DNA from: Octopus sinensis
Taxonomy: Eukaryota
DNA length: 64,000 nt
NCBI RefSeq assembly: GCF_006345805.1
Contig: NC_043011.1
Location: forward strand, 27,912,464 to 27,976,463
Direction of reading: 5' to 3'
The translations under genes were made by a program, and so were the position numbers. Numbering within the stretch: the first letter of the stretch is position 1; each line of letters begins with the position of its first letter. Below are positions 1 to 15,250 of the stretch, piece after piece. The notes under the pieces were generated by a model. That model was given only the letters and a program-made list of their open reading frames with translations. It did no database searches and had not been told where the DNA came from.

Positions 1-122
1 TCGATGGAATAAGACTGTGACGCTGGAACAAATACAGTGAAAATCGAAGGGATTGTGTCAACGAATGATGTAATTGTTTAACTCCTGCTTTTGTTTTAAT
101 AAATCGCAAATTTTTGACTTAC

Positions 123-207
123 CTTCGTATTATCTAATTAAGATGTTTTCAGTAATGTGTTGAGTACCATTTTAATTCGCTCAGAAACTGTTTCTGTTCT
201 CATCATA
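123..207 (-). CDS. Candidate internal exon (85 nt) of an unidentified minus-strand gene; contains an in-frame TAA
   Basis: Minus strand reads TTTTTTCTCTCAG|TATGATG...ACGAAG|GTAAGTC, i.e. a strong acceptor and donor. Best frame is MMRTETVSERIKMVLNTLLKTS*LDNTK; the other frames stop earlier. Confidence 0.3.
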
Positions 208-894
208 CTGAGAGAAAAAAACACCTATTGCATAAACGACATACTTATTTGAATCACAACACTTAAATATATCTTTACAAACGTTTCGGCTTTCAGATAT
301 TGTATTCATTAAATAGATGTTTGTATTGATAATTTTGGCAAAGATTTTCGTCTTAGAGGAGTGTTATAGACTTGAAAAAATATATTTACAGGATGTGATT
401 TAGTGAAAGAGATAATAGAGAGGATTAACAGAAGAGAAATCAGTCAAATATGTAGTAATTGGGAAGTTAACCGTCAAAAATTTGAAGCCAAACAATAAAA
501 CGGACGGGCATCTATAACTTATACAGAGACGTAACGAAATGCGTAGCTAGTGACACTTAGAGACAATGAGCTGATTATAGACACACATGTGCCGAAACAT
601 ATGCACATCTAGAAGCATAAACACATACCACACCGACATACTATGGTAGATAGAACTGGGTGGGGAAAGGTTGTCATGTAGGGAGGCAGTGAATGCACAT
701 GCATATGTCTGTGTAAATACCCACAATTTACAAAAATTTGAAAGGGAGGGAATTCTAGGCAACCGGGTAACTAGAATAGAAGATAAGAAAAAATCGTAAT
801 TCCAAGTCTTAAACACTGGTCTGCATACACCACTGGCATGAAAAACATTACTCCATACTCCCGCATATCCTTTGCAGTGATGGTCAAGGACTGT

Positions 895-927
<33 letters not shown>

Positions 928-1389
928 GCGTTCTGTAAGCTTTGGGGTTTTTGGAAAGCAGCGTCGATCTTTATGCGAGGTGATACGTTGGTTGTACGCT
1001 AGTGTAAATGAGTAGTACCCTTGTCGCGGAAACAAATATTCGCGGGTTTGAGTCCCACGCGTACGGAAAACATATTCTTTTCCGTAGAGGGCTTATATGA
1101 CCCTTTATTAGACTATTTTCGTTATTAATTGCTCAGTGATAACTTACAAGGTTTTAGCTTATAAAATACTATTATTTTTATTTATAGAATTGTGGGAATC
1201 GAAGCTGATTACCAAAAAGTCATCGCAAAAAAGTACATGAAGTTTGTTTACAAAAACAACACAACGAACTAAGTATAGCTCTTAAATCTGATGATAAAAA
1301 GTGAGGTTGTACGTTGGTGTAAATGGTATGCTACTATCACTTTTTACAGAATTGTAAATATAGATGCTGCTTACCAAAGATCATTTCAC

Positions 1390-1430
<41 letters not shown>

Positions 1431-2024
1431 GTGTGTGTGTGAGTGTTTGTATGTATGTATATACGTATATGTATGTGACCTCGTGTGTACCGTTGGCGAT
1501 TTTTTTCCTCTGTCTTCTCTTTTCGGGATCTTTCCTTCTCCTGTTTTTCCGACGAAGAGCTCCGCTCAAACGTTAAACCCTCCTTCTTGCCTTCTTTCTT
1601 GAGCGTCCAATAATATATTTGTTCCACGTCCTCGCGTTGTTGTGTTTTTTTGTGTTATCTTGTTTGGATTAACTATATATATATATATATATATTATATA
1701 TATTATATATATATATATATATATAAAGGGCTTAGTAAAAAAATTATTAATACTCTTTCGCATACTGAACTCATTAGAAATAGCAGCTAAAAACTTTTTT
1801 AAGGCTATTTCTAATACTTAAAGAAAATCTCTCTCATATATAGTGTTTGCATAATTTAACTCACAAAAGTTTGGGGTAATGACATCGAAAAATCAAATGC
1901 AAAGTATTTATTTTACTAAGCCCTTTTATATAATGTAATAATTTGAATTCGCCTTGAATGGTCCCTTTGCATACTGAACACTTGGTGAATTGATTAATAA
2001 TTAATTATTTTGCCCTCATTGTTG

Positions 2025-2089
<65 letters not shown>

Positions 2090-2134
2090 TAATATACATA
2101 TATATATATATTATATACATACAGGGAAAAGAAC

Positions 2135-2461
2135 CCCTTCGGTCATGAATGATCATTGGCTTGCAAGAAGAAAGTTTCCCTCTGGTGCTCAAGTCCGGGT
2201 AAGGTTGTTCATGGAAAACCAGCAGTCAACCATGCATGACACCGTCCCCTCTCCGCGCCACTGATGTTATTCAAGGGAAACGCAAAGGCAGATGCATCTT
2301 GGGGCCAGTGACGTCGCAACTCAATTCTACAGCTGAGTGAATTGGAGCAATATGAAATAAAGAGTCTTGCTCAAGAACACAACACACAGTCCAGTCCGGG
2401 AATCGAACTGACTACTTCATGATTTTGAGCCCGACGCTCTAATCACTGAGCCATACACCTT
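2135..2461 (-). mobile_element. tRNA-head SINE (family B-related head/core, different tail)
   Basis: Minus strand begins GAAGGTGTATGGCTCAGTGATTAGAGCG with a B-box-like GTTCGATTCCC. It has the same CTTGAGCAAGAC...TTGCTCCA core as 22310-22560. Confidence 0.7.
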
Positions 2462-2893
2462 CATATGTGTGTGTGTGCGTGTGTGTGTGTGTGTCTGCGT
2501 GTGTGTGTTGTGTAAGTGCTTGTGTGTGTGAGAGTATGTGTGCATGTGTGTGTGTGTGTGTGTGTGTGTTGCTGGGCTGTGTCTTATGGCCATCAGACAT
2601 CTAAATTGGACGTTCAAGTATACCGATTCCACGTGTTATTTTTACTTACAATGGACTGCACAGTAGAATGCGGCGCTATTCTATACTTCGACTCGCAAAA
2701 ACTGTCTGACTACTGAAGAATAGATCATTATTTTTGCCTGTGTGTCGATTTTCATGACATAAGATCGGAACTATATAGACGTTATATAACTGGAATGTAA
2801 TACAATCAATGTAATTGCTCCAAGGAGTACTTTGTTAATAATTGACTTCAATATCAGCTTCTCATTCTATTTTGTGTATGTATGTGTGTGTGT

Positions 2894-2942
<49 letters not shown>

Positions 2943-3488
2943 TGGCTTTTCCATCGATCTGAAAATAATGCTTTTGAAATAGTAACAGGTTGAATGGCGT
3001 ACGCGTTCTCTATAAGTAAAAAACGCATATTTTCATGACGATGTATTCATGATCGGTGTCTTGAGAATAAACATTTGTCAGCAAATATCACACAGAAAAC
3101 ATGATTTGCGAACTTACTTCATGTATAGTTGCAATAACTATATATTTTTCACGGAAATGTCGATATTAAGAGTTGATTGTTATGAACGAAATGCGGACGT
3201 ACCCGTGAATCGACAGTCCGATTAATGTTGATTTGAAATAGAAGTAAAGTCGGCGATATCCTATACTTCCACTGGCTAAATTCAATTAGTAAATGCAGAA
3301 CATATTACTTACAAGTCCGATGCATGTTTCTTGTCATAGTAACGATTTATATTAGACAGTAAAGTTGTGTCTGCCTCTCCCTCTCGTCGAAGACGTTGAC
3401 ATTCATACTATTGGTTCACATAACTACAGATGATTTATCTCGTATTCCATACCTACCTACACACACACGATTATATATATATGTATTA

Positions 3489-3525
<37 letters not shown>

Positions 3526-3574
3526 GTACGTGTGTGTGTGTATCTTTTATCATTTCTTTTTTTTATTTCAATTT

Positions 3575-3835
3575 ATTGATTGCGGCCATGCTGGAGCACC
3601 GACTTGACGTAAACACACCAGCACATACGCATAGACATACGTATACATACGCATGCATGGATGTATACAAGAGCCTTCATTAAGTTTCCATCTACCGAAT
3701 CCTCTCACAAGGCTTTAGTCGGTCCGACGCTATACTACAAGAGATTTCCCAAGTTGTCACGTGGTGGGCCTGAACCCACAGCCACGTACGTAGTTGAGAC
3801 ATAAGTTCCTTATCATGCAGTTACGCCGGCACCTA
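3575..3835 (-). mobile_element. Decayed, internally deleted SINE family A copy
   Basis: GCGGCCATGCTGGAGCACCG and CTCACAAGGCTTTAGTCGG match the reverse complement of 14845-15250. Confidence 0.6.
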
Positions 3836-3854
3836 TATATATATATTTAGTATA

Positions 3855-5120
3855 TTGAGTCATCCCATAAATAATGCGGTTTTTTATACTTAATTTTTCA
3901 AAATTGAAATAATCAAAGTTCTTTTTTAATCTAAAATATACTCTCCTTCATTTTCTACAATGCTCTTCCATCTATCTGGTAGACCTGCAAAGACCCTCTT
4001 CCAAAATTCACTTGTCCGTGACGAAAAATACTCCTCCTGTACTGCTCTGACCTTGTCTACATAATTCATATTTTTTCCCTCCAAACAATTTTGAAGACTG
4101 CGGAATAAATGATAACCATATTTAGCGATAACCGGCGAATATGGTGGGTGGGGCATCGTTTCCCATTGAAACTAATTTGGCCTTTGGAATGTCATCCTCG
4201 CTGCATGTGGCCGAGCATTATCCTGATGGAAGAACACCTTTTTTCTTGAAACCAAAGATGGCCGTTTTTCTTCTAGAACTGACTTAAAACGTTCTAGCTG
4301 CTCGCAAAATAAATCCTTTGTTTTAGTTTGGTTTGGATAAAAATCTTCAAAGTGGACTAAACCTTTCATATCCCTCCAAAAAAAAAAAGAACACCTTTGT
4401 GGTTGAGGAATGTCTTTAGCCTGGGGTGTCGGTGTTTCTCCTTTCCCTACCCACTGTCTTCGGCGCTTGACATTTTTATAGAGAGCCTATTTTTTGTCAC
4501 CAGTCACCATACGGTCCAAAAACGGTTCATCCTTGAGACGTGGCAGCAAAGAAGAGCACACATTCACTCTCTGCCCGCGATTAGACTCGATAAGTTTGTG
4601 AGGAACACATTGACCCAGTTTGTTGACTTTTCTGATATTACGCAGCAGTCGATGAATGGCTGGATGACAAAATCCAAGCTCCTCTGGTAGTTCTTCACCA
4701 GTTACGGTGGGATTTTGTTCCACCTGTACGTCCTCGTCGGGCTCTACAGATCTTCCAAGACGAGGCTCGACTTCTAGGCTGCAGTTTCCGGCTCGGAATT
4801 TCTGGAACCAGGGTTGACACTGGCGTACCCTTATTGTCCGATCCCCATATACTGCATTAATATCCCTTGCACTTTCCATTGCGTTGTTGCCTTTATAATG
4901 CAAAATATGCCGAATATGCTCCTTTGTCACTTTCATTGTTAGCTTTGAAATAGTATCTGTTAAAATCGAACTACACTCTTGAAAACTTTCACTAAGAATA
5001 AGGACAGGGTAAAGTTACTACTTGCTTTTATAGCAAATTGATGCACGTAGTTTACCTCGTCCACGTCCTACTTTCAGTTCATGCAACTGAAAAAATCGTA
5101 TAATCTATGCGATGACTTAA
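3855..5120 (-). mobile_element. Full-length defective mariner transposon (DD34D type, ~1.27 kb)
   Basis: Imperfect ~30-bp TIRs (TTGAGTCATCCCATAAATAATGCGG / reverse complement TTAAGTCATCGCATAGATTATACG) with flanking TA. Frameshifted transposase pieces include WFQKFRAG, VPHKL, MVTGDKK, HQDNARPH, HPPYSP..YHLFRSLQN and WKSIVENEGEY. Confidence 0.93.
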
Positions 5121-5530
5121 TATATGTATGTATACGAGTGAGTGAACAAATGGAAGAAGAGGGCGCTCAACGCGCTTAGTAGAAGTGCATGTATACATGT
5201 ATCATTTAACAGTTTGATGCGACTTAAAGTATTGCGGGCCCCCAATGGAAGCCCGTGTCTTTTAGATTTTACATTACCGAATAGATAACTACAGGAAATC
5301 CCAGATGACAACCGGAGAAATAGGTTGCTGTTGGTTAGGGCGGATCATATGGTGCTATCACAGTAATATCAGTTGCGCAGGAACAGCAGTCCCTTTACTA
5401 AAGGAAATATTGTTGACACCGTGACTAGACAAGAAGCTGGTGACGCCCCAAAAACTGGATGCGGTAGACGAAAGACCAGCGACTGTGTTAGTGTACGTAC
5501 ATATATATATATATGTGTATATATGCATGC

Positions 5531-5571
<41 letters not shown>

Positions 5572-6447
5572 CCAAAACAAATCAATAGCCACGAAAAGCA
5601 CTGTGTTAATGAGCTGACAAAGGAGACAAGCTCCCCACGGTAGCAGAGAGAGCTACATCTCCGATGATTTCGCATTTCGATGCTTAACGCATCCTAATGC
5701 TCATCAGTAGCTACCATTTCGCCTAGGGTTAAAGTCATCTCGCCTTGTCATATTATAAGATCTCCGTTAAAATCATAAGCTGAGTTCATAAACGGTAACA
5801 GTGAGGATTATAAATTATGTGGGTGACTAATTCGCAATTTTACAACCTGACGGCAAAAAATATGTGCATCACTAAAGTGAACAATGGCATTAATCAGTAC
5901 CAGTATTGCTAGAAATCAGAGTGAAAACAACTCAATATCTTCATGAGCTGAAAAGGGAGACAAGCTAGTGCTTTTGTTGGCTATTGCGTTGCTTTGACTC
6001 ATATTTCTAGCAATACTGATGTTGATTAGTGACTTTGTTAATTTTAGTGATGTATATATTTTTGCATTGAGGTTATAAAATTCGAAATTAGCCACCTATA
6101 TTATATAAATGTGTGTGTGTGTGTATGTGTGTCTGTGTGTGTATGCATATATATGTATACATTCGATGCTTTCATCCAATGAATCTAATGCTCTTATCAT
6201 AGTTTTTCCTTGGGGCTGGCCAGATTGGAGCAATCTCAAGAATAATCAGCCGAAATTGCGAGGATAATCCGGTTCTTGACTGAAGATAGAAAACTTTAAC
6301 TGACCCGTCCTTGGTTTCTTTGTATCGTCTATCTGGATGTTATTTTGTCCCTTTTTCTATCACCCAACTGTCCGGATGTCTTGCGTTGTTGTCCCATTTT
6401 GTATTATATATATATATATATAGCAGCGTACGTACACTTTGTTCTCT

Positions 6448-6497
<50 letters not shown>

Positions 6498-6713
6498 TGC
6501 AAGAAGCAACGAAAATTTTAGAACGAAAGGCAAAAATATATGAGCGGGAATTGAACAGGTAAGAGTGTTAATTATTATGGCATTAAAATAGAATGATTCT
6601 CCCCAGTCACAACAAATTATACCTCAACGCGTGAATTCACAAGACAAATCTTATATGTGTGTGTGTGTGTGTGTGTGTATGTGTTTGTGTGTGTGTGTAT
6701 GTGTGTGTGTGTA

Positions 6714-6746
<33 letters not shown>

Positions 6747-6853
6747 GTAATATAATTTTGTCTGAAACTTCAGATTTTTCAATATACTAGACCACTGGTT
6801 TTAAATTGATATTAATCAAATTAATATTCAATTTTTTACCCTTACTATTTTAA

Positions 6854-6895
<42 letters not shown>

Positions 6896-7700
6896 TGAGA
6901 GAGAGAGAGATTTACGAGATGTATGAATGTTTGGATGTGGGTGTGTTATTAGTTGTATGGGTGTGCGTATGTGTATGTATGCATGTATGTGGGAGTCGTG
7001 TCGATTGGTATGCGTTCGTGTCTGCTACATACGCCTGCACGCGCGAACACATTTCGGGTGCGAGTGTGGGTGTGTGTACGTAAGTATGTGCATTTTTGCA
7101 TGTCTGTGTGAACATATAAGTGTCAATGTGTATGTGCATGTCTGAAAGAACATCCGCCACACTAGCACGCCCACACATGAAAAACAAAAAGCATGTATAT
7201 ACAAGCATATAAAAAAAGGGCAAAAGGAAATCTAAATATATGTGTCTTGTCGACAAACAGAAATTATCATGCCATTGATCCTTCGCTAAGTGCGACAAAC
7301 TGTTTGTCAATCTGACACAGAATGTATACCAAATGTAGTGAATGAGACAATCAAATGTAGTTCAGCTCAATATCTTCATATCTTATGTATTCATATGCTT
7401 ATGGAATGGAATAACGACAACGGGTGATATCGAAAGTTATTGTAGCAGAATAGAAAGTTTGTATAGTGTAAAACGTTGATTTGTTTTAGTTTTATATTGT
7501 TTTCACCTGGCTACAAATCCTGCACATTCTAATCCATTTCAACCTACGCAATAGAAGTAGGCCTCTACGGACACTCCTATTCAAAACGGTTGACTATGTG
7601 GTCGTACGCGTTCACAAACAAGTCTAGGCTGCTAAAGTGTACTGGAGGCGGCGTCATATTAGAAAAACGGTGACCCAGCTCTGAGCTGTAATCGCGATAT

Positions 7701-7797
7701 ATAGGGTAATCCTATAAATAATGCTGCTTTTTTTTATACTGCTTTCATTTTTCAAAATTAAGATGAACAGTTCTTTTTCAATCTAAAATATACATCT
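7701..7797 (-). mobile_element. Terminal fragment of the same mariner family as 3855-5120
   Basis: ATCCTATAAATAATGC...TTTTTCAAAATT...AATCTAAAATATAC aligns with 3863-3942. Confidence 0.55.
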
Positions 7798-7979
7798 AAA
7801 ATATACGTATGAAAGTACAATAAGATAATATAACGATTTAAAATACATTGTAATTGTTGTGTGAGAAAGTATATATAATCTGATTATAGAATATAGTGTC
7901 TTTCAAAAACATCCTAAATTTGAAGGCTATATCTCGTGTTTAAGAAAAAACAAAGCATTTTACACTTTTATTTTTGATG

Positions 7980-8310
7980 AACGCTGTCACACACACTCTC
8001 TCACACTTTGTCTGCAACTTTTTTTGCTAGACACAGTCAAACTCTTTCCCACTTTTCTTTACCTTTTTTGTTAGACGCTGTCAAACTATCTCCTTCTTCC
8101 CTTTACACATACTTTTTCTTTACTTGTTTTGTTAGACGCTGTCAAGCACTCTCTCTCCCTAACACACACACATACATCAACACACAACTTCTCTCTCTCC
8201 CTCACACACACAGATTCATCAACACACAACTTCTCTCTCACCATCACACACACACACATATATATCAACACACAACTTTTCTCCCCCCTCCCCCACACAC
8301 ACTCTCACTT
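7980..8310. repeat. Degenerate minisatellite: ~55-60-bp units (TTGTTAGACGCTGTCAA) followed by ~40-bp units (CATCAACACACAACTTCTCTC)
   Basis: Each anchor motif recurs about 3 times at regular spacing. Confidence 0.55.
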
Positions 8311-8610
8311 GGGTATGGCAGAAGGAACTTAACTCATGTTAGCAAACATCAGAATTGGTAAAATCTATGGTTGAAAATAGACTTTTACCCCTATCCGCGT
8401 GTGCCTCGAGAAAAAAATAAGTTGACAAAACTCACGAATGTCCTCCTAAAGGTGGAGTGACATGCGTGCTAATTTGTGGATGTGCATAAGCTACATTCAC
8501 GTACACACACATACATCCTGCCTTTTATATGTAAAGATATGTGAGTGTATGTGTGTATATTTATGTAAGTGTATGCGTATATATTTATATATGTATAAAT
8601 ATTTGTGTGA

Positions 8611-8649
<39 letters not shown>

Positions 8650-9296
8650 ATATGTGTATGTTTGTATGTGGAAAATATGTTATATACCTCTGGGAATTAG
8701 AATTTTAAAACAGTTGGTATTAAGTGAATATAATATAATAATAACTCAATTTTTTAATCCCCTAGCATAAAAATATTCCTGTGTAAGAAATGTATTTATA
8801 AAAATAATCTTGCGTATCAAAATCATTGATATTGCTTGGAAGAGAAACTAGCAAATTAATACAAAAGATATGATTCTAGAAAACAAAAATTGCTATTTCA
8901 AGATATCTTCAAACGATTTTTGTTGTTGGAAAAGTGTATATCAACTTAAATTATCAAGAAAATCGTTGAGAAAATAACGCGGCTATATTAATGAATGCTA
9001 AGGTATTCGTATTCGTTAATTTCCCCAAGGCCGAAGTTTTGTCGCATTTTATTGTAAAATACAGTATCAAACGTAGAAGTACATATGATAAAGTTTACAC
9101 ACATACACAGACATACCCACACATCCACACACGAGTGTGTGTGTGTGAATGGATATTGAATATATATATACATATACATATAATATATACATAGATATAT
9201 ATATACATATATAATATATACATATAATATATATACATATATAATATATATAATAATATATAATATATATATCTATATATATGTATACACACACAT

Positions 9297-9372
<76 letters not shown>

Positions 9373-9924
9373 TATATATATATATATATACATGTATGTA
9401 AGTAAACATATATTCATATATTCACTAACAGACATTTTTAGCATCTGTATGAGAAATGTAGAACCACAAATGTTGACACGATATTATAGTTGATTGAATT
9501 AAGTTGAAGATATGATTGAATGAAATACTCAGTTGACGTCGTAATCATTCGAAAAATCAGATCGAGATTAAATATTTTATGATTTTCTTGTTTTTCACCG
9601 TTTTATATACACCACTTCATTTCTGGACAAAATATTGATTTTTACGGCTGACACAATGTTGGATAGTTTGAGAAAAGAATGTGATACGTTACGTCTAACC
9701 AATTCCTTCACTAGTAATTATTTTATCAACATTGATAGAATGAAAGACAAAGTTGACCACAGCGAGCTTGTGTTTGTGAAATGTTGTAACACCATTAAAT
9801 ACCACAAGTCATTTATAGTTTTTTTTCCCCAAGAAATTGCAGCAGTTCCTAGTTGAATGAAATACGTAACATATGAACTAAAGAATGGAAAATTTTGAGT
9901 TCATTATTCTTCTCTACTCTAGGA

Positions 9925-10050
9925 ACGAGGCCCGAATTTTTTTTTTTACTTAATTTATTGACCCTGAAAGGATGAAAGGCAGAGTTGACCTCGGCGGAAT
10001 TTGAACTCAGAGCATAAAGACCGATGAAATATCGCTAAACATTTTGCCAG
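9925..10050 (-). mobile_element. Partial SINE family C
   Basis: GAAAGGATGAAAGGCAGAGTTGACCTCGGCGGAATTTGAACTCAGA is the reverse complement of the family C core. Confidence 0.7.
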
Positions 10051-10306
10051 GTGTTGAGAGGAATTCTTTGCCGTTTGGACAATTCACCTCTGGAAACATG
10101 GGTGTTTTGTTCATCATCCTTAAACAAGACCCCACCTACAAGGTCATGCCCTGTTTATCTTGATATCAGAGCACCATGTCGCGCACATATGATTGTGATG
10201 CATGTGCACAGTCTCCTCTTATTAGACGAGTAGACACGATGGGTATACTGGGCTTTGTATATTTGCACCCCAGTGTCGTTTGAGGGCATGCACTGCTCTC
10301 TAGCTC

Positions 10307-10341
<35 letters not shown>

Positions 10342-10350
10342 TAATAATAA
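10051..10350 (+). mobile_element. 5'-truncated copy of an (AAT)n-tailed non-coding retroposon
   Basis: Clearly similar to 10592-10910 (GTGTTGAGAGGAATTCTTTG...GCATGCACTGCTCTCT..CTC) and ends in (AAT)n. Confidence 0.7.
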
Positions 10351-11060
<710 letters not shown>

Positions 11061-11061
11061 G

Positions 11062-12570
11062 CTTACGATGATGATAACAAGATATAGTGAGGATGCTGAG
11101 CCAATATATTAGAGAAGACCAGAATCAAGCACCCACTAATCTGAGGTATACTGATCGACGCAAGCTCAAAATTGAAACCGAAAAGATAGATTCAGTATTT
11201 GGGCTATTCCAGACGAGAAAAATAACTGAAACTAACAAGATTATTTGGGCTGCTGCTATGGTTGCTGCAGATAGAGAGGATACAAAAGAAGAGAACAAAT
11301 AAAACGTAAAGAACCATTCTGTCGTAGACGAATTGTTGAGAAACAAATAAAGTTAAAAAAAGACATTTAGGACAAGTTGATAGAATGAGTAGAGTGGAAT
11401 TGCAGAACGAAAACATAAGAATAATGCTGGAAAGAACATATAGAATAAGAAATAAAGGTTATGATGTGATACTAGAAGAATTGAAACAAAGAGTAGTTGC
11501 AATCAAAGCAAAAATGGAAAGATATGACATTAGAACTAAGCAATTCAGGGAAAACAGATTGTTTGAAGTTAATCAAAAGAAATTAGATGGGCAATTACAT
11601 GTAACAATGATACTAGATACAGAGGAAGGCAGAGCATTCTGGAGAGGGATCTGGCACCAACGTGTAGAGCATAATGATGAAGGAGATTGGCTGCATGAAA
11701 TCCAAGATAGGTTAAGAAATATAGATCTAGAAAGCAAAGAAAACTACAGAAATGTTTAAAAGAGCACTTTAAAACTCCCAAATTGGAAGAGCCCAGGATC
11801 GGATGGGGCCCAACGTTATCGGATGAAGAAGCTGAGAGGGTTCCATGAAAGGATAGCGTCATTACTAGATGAGTGCTTGCAGAAAGACGCAGTACCCAGC
11901 TGGATGACAAAAGGAAAGACATTTTTATGCGCCAAGGATCCTGAAAGGAGAAACGTTTGTTTCATCCAACTTTTGGGCAATATCGCGTCTTCGGTCATGT
12001 GGAAACTAATGTCAGGGGCTTCGTCCAGTTAACTGTACAAATACTTGTAAAATATAGCAACCCATTGGAGCTGGAAGACATTGATAAATAGTGATGAAGA
12101 ACAGCTGCAATATGTTGCGAAAGATATGGGTGTAAATGCAGATGAAATGATGGGCGAGGAAGAGTTTGACCAAAGAGCTGAAGAGAAGAGAAAAGAAGAC
12201 CTTCATGAAATGAGAATGCATGGACAATTCGAAAGGAATACACAGGACGTTAAGGATAATAAAACTTCTTGGGCATGGCTTGAGCGAGGTTATTTGCAGC
12301 GTACCACCGAAATCCTGATCATTGCTGCACAATACCAGGCTCTCTCTACCATTTCAGTGAAGTATAACATCTATAAAACGTCTGACACCCAGAAATGCAC
12401 ACTCTGTGGAAGTGTGTAACATGTAACCCACATGGTTAGTGGATGTGAGAGACTTGCACAAAAAAATACAAGCGCCGCCACGATGAAGTGTGTGTGTATC
12501 TATATTAGCTCTTATGTCGTTAATACCAATATGAAGTAACAGAGAACTGGTATGAGCATGTACCAAGATG
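11062..12570 (+). mobile_element. Decayed R4/Dong-like non-LTR retrotransposon with internal deletion of most of the RT
   Basis: Broken frames give LEELKQRVVAIKAK, FWRGIW...EHN, PNWKSPGSDG, VPSWMTKGKTFL, MHGQF...SWAWL, AAQYQALST, the KCTLCG..HMVSGC zinc knuckle and YKRRHD. These are typical of RLE-clade R4 elements. Confidence 0.85.
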
Positions 12571-13254
12571 CATCGGGGATTAAAAACGTTTTAATAATTT
12601 TCTATAATACTGTCCGACTTGAATAAATCATTATCAGATTATTTCGGCTTCGTACCGGAAGAAAACATGGAGATTAATAAATGACGCTGTTCATACAATA
12701 CTAAATTTATCGGGACTTGATTTACCAACATTGTTATCACAAAACGGAACGAATTTGAAGAAACACCTTCAAGGGGAGAAACAATACAGGATGTAATATC
12801 GTTCAGTAGTTCACTATTTCTGGAATTTCAAGTATTTAGTATATATGTTAACATTTAAAAATAAAGCGTAGGATAGCAGCTGTTAACCTGGCTTTTCTAT
12901 TATATGATTTGTGGCCATGTGTCCCTTAAAGTTCTGAAATTTAGATGTACTTCAATTAACTACTTTACCTTGTGTGTAAAACTATCTCTCAGCAATATGA
13001 AATATATTTTTACCATTAACGTTCTACGTTAATGGTTAAATTTTTTCGATATGTGTCATAAAATTAGCAGTTAATAAGCGAGACATAGATGTCTGTGTGA
13101 CAGAGCTTGCTCATCAAATAACCAGAACAACATGATTACACCAACGAGTCAATTCTAAGTATACACACATAAATTTCTCTTTCTATATACAACACATGGA
13201 AGGCCGAAACTAGATAAAATTGGGTTGGTCTGGTCAGTGAAAGTAAATATATTT

Positions 13255-13490
13255 TATTTCGTTTTGGGATTTGGTTTGCAAGATTCGTATGTTGAAGCAT
13301 ATTCTGTTGTGTCTGGGGAGAGTCCTTTTAACGGACAGAGTTAAAACTATTGAAAAGGTTGCAAGACGCAACGAAGATTTTAGGAAAATACAAATAAGAA
13401 AAAAAGTGGAAATTTTACCGGTGAGTGTGTTACATTATAAGGCACAAAAAAATGCCTCTCCCCTGACACAACTAAATATATTTTGTTTCA
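13255..13490. mobile_element. Partially inverted repeat element, same family as 53590-53942
   Basis: TTCGTTTTGGGATTTGGTTTGCAAGATT... switches to the opposite-strand arm AAACTATTGAAAAGGTTGCAAGACGCAACG...GACACAAC. Confidence 0.65.
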
Positions 13491-14332
13491 TAACTATTAA
13501 GGTGTTAGATAGAAATGTAAGGAATTAATTATTATTCTTAAAGTTAAAAATAACTGGTATGGATGGAAAGAAGGTAAATATAAAGAGCAATAGCTTGAAA
13601 GAGTAAAATATACTATATATATACATGTGTGTGTGTGTGTGTGTGTTTGTGTGTGTCTTTGTGTGTGTTAGTGTGTATTAATTAAATGGTGAAGAGACAG
13701 CTAGAGATAAAGATTAAACCAAGAAATACTTTTGAACAACAGTTAAGTTCAAATAGGGTTAAACTATCTTAAGACCTCGCATAAAAGTATAGGTACCTTT
13801 CAATTGTAATCACACTTTTCTCAGTCATACTTCAAAATAGTTTATAGCCCAAAGAAATGAAGTAAAACCGAAGACGTAACCACAACTACATAGAAGCACA
13901 AGCACTGTAGCAGAAATATATTAATAAGTACAAATATACACAACCAAACTCAAACAAACGTACACAGCCATAGCAATTTCAGATTCTAAAGTAGAATTCT
14001 AGTCTCTAGGAAGCAAGTTTTGTTATACTAGTAACATAGGACACCAGGGAAGATTTCCAGCCACAAGGAAGTCTAGCAATTTTTTTATAGTACACATGTT
14101 TTCTGCATCAAAGAAAACAATACCGACCTCTCATTATTTCTATTAATAAGGTTTAACATTAATTTATAGAGCGGCGTCACTGTTTTCTAAAGAAATTAAT
14201 CTGTTTGGACATTCTTAATATTTAGTTGAGGCAACCCAGTTGTTTGATGATAGTTTGAACAGCATTTCCACCAGATTCTTTCCCTACATATCCAGCCTTA
14301 TTTGTCCATGATTTATGTTATTCGTGCAACCT

Positions 14333-14740
14333 AGGCAGCGAATTGGCAGAGTCGTTAGCACGCCGGGGAGAATGCTTAGCGGTATTCGTCCGTTCGGAGC
14401 TCAAAATCTGCCGATGTCTATTTTGCCTTTCATTCCCTCGGGATTGATAACATAAGTATCAGTTGAACACTGAGCTCAATGTTATTGACTTACCCCTTGC
14501 CCGAAATTTCTTGCCTTGTGCCAGAATTTGACATCAATATTATCCGTGCAAATTAGGCGGCGAGCTGGCAGAATGGTTGGGACGTCGGAAGAAGCACATT
14601 TTAATCTGAGTTCAAATTCCGCGCCGACTTCACTTTGCACTTCATCTTTTCGTGGTCGATAGAAAGAACACCAACGAAGTACTGGGGATGATACAACCGA
14701 CATATCCCTCTCCCCTCAAAACTGTCGGTCCAATTGACTA
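14333..14740 (+). mobile_element. Two tandem SINE family C copies (14333-14530, 14555-14740)
   Basis: GGC(A/G)GCGA(A/G)(T/C)TGGCAGA head, GAG(T/C)TCAAA B-box-like motif and a CCTTGTGCC-type tail. Confidence 0.75.
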
Positions 14741-14844
14741 AGAATAATTATTTGGACAAATTATGTTGGTCAATTATAAATAACCAATATGAGTTATGTC
14801 AAAGTGAAAAATGCTACTAGAAATAAATCGGCAATAGATATATA

Positions 14845-15250
14845 GGAGTGGCTGTGTGGTAAGTAGCTTGCTTACCAACCATATTGTTCCAGGTTCAGTC
14901 CCATTGCGTGACACCTTGGGCAAGTGTCTTCTACTATAGTATCGGGTCGACCAAATCCTTGTGAGTGGATTTGGTAGACGGAAACTGAAAGAAGCCCGTC
15001 GTATATATGTATATGTATATATATGTATACGTGCGTTTGTGTCTCTGTGTTTGCCCCCCACCACCAACATCACTTGACAACCGATACTGGTGTGTTTACG
15101 TCCCCGTAACTTAGCGGTTCGGCAAAAGAGACCGATAGAATTAGTACTTGGCTTACAAAGAATATGTCCTGGGGTCGATTTGCTCGACTAAAGGCGGTGC
15201 TCCAGCATGGCCGCAGTTAAATGACTGAAACAAGTAAAAGAGTAAAAGAG
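14845..15250 (+). mobile_element. Near full-length tRNA-head SINE family A
   Basis: GGAGTGGCTGTGTGGTAAG A-box, GGTTCAGTCCC B-box, internal TA/TG microsatellite and AGTAAAAG tail. Nearly colinear with 58748-59230. Confidence 0.88.

Noticed and set aside
1189-1273. Plus-strand exon-like stretches (also 12638-12790 and 17890-17985)
   Set aside because: They are short and lack a matching good donor/acceptor pair or a recognisable peptide, so they are not supportable.
14845-14920. tRNA genes at SINE heads
   Set aside because: A and B boxes are present but there is no complete cloverleaf, and each continues into a shared SINE body and tail.
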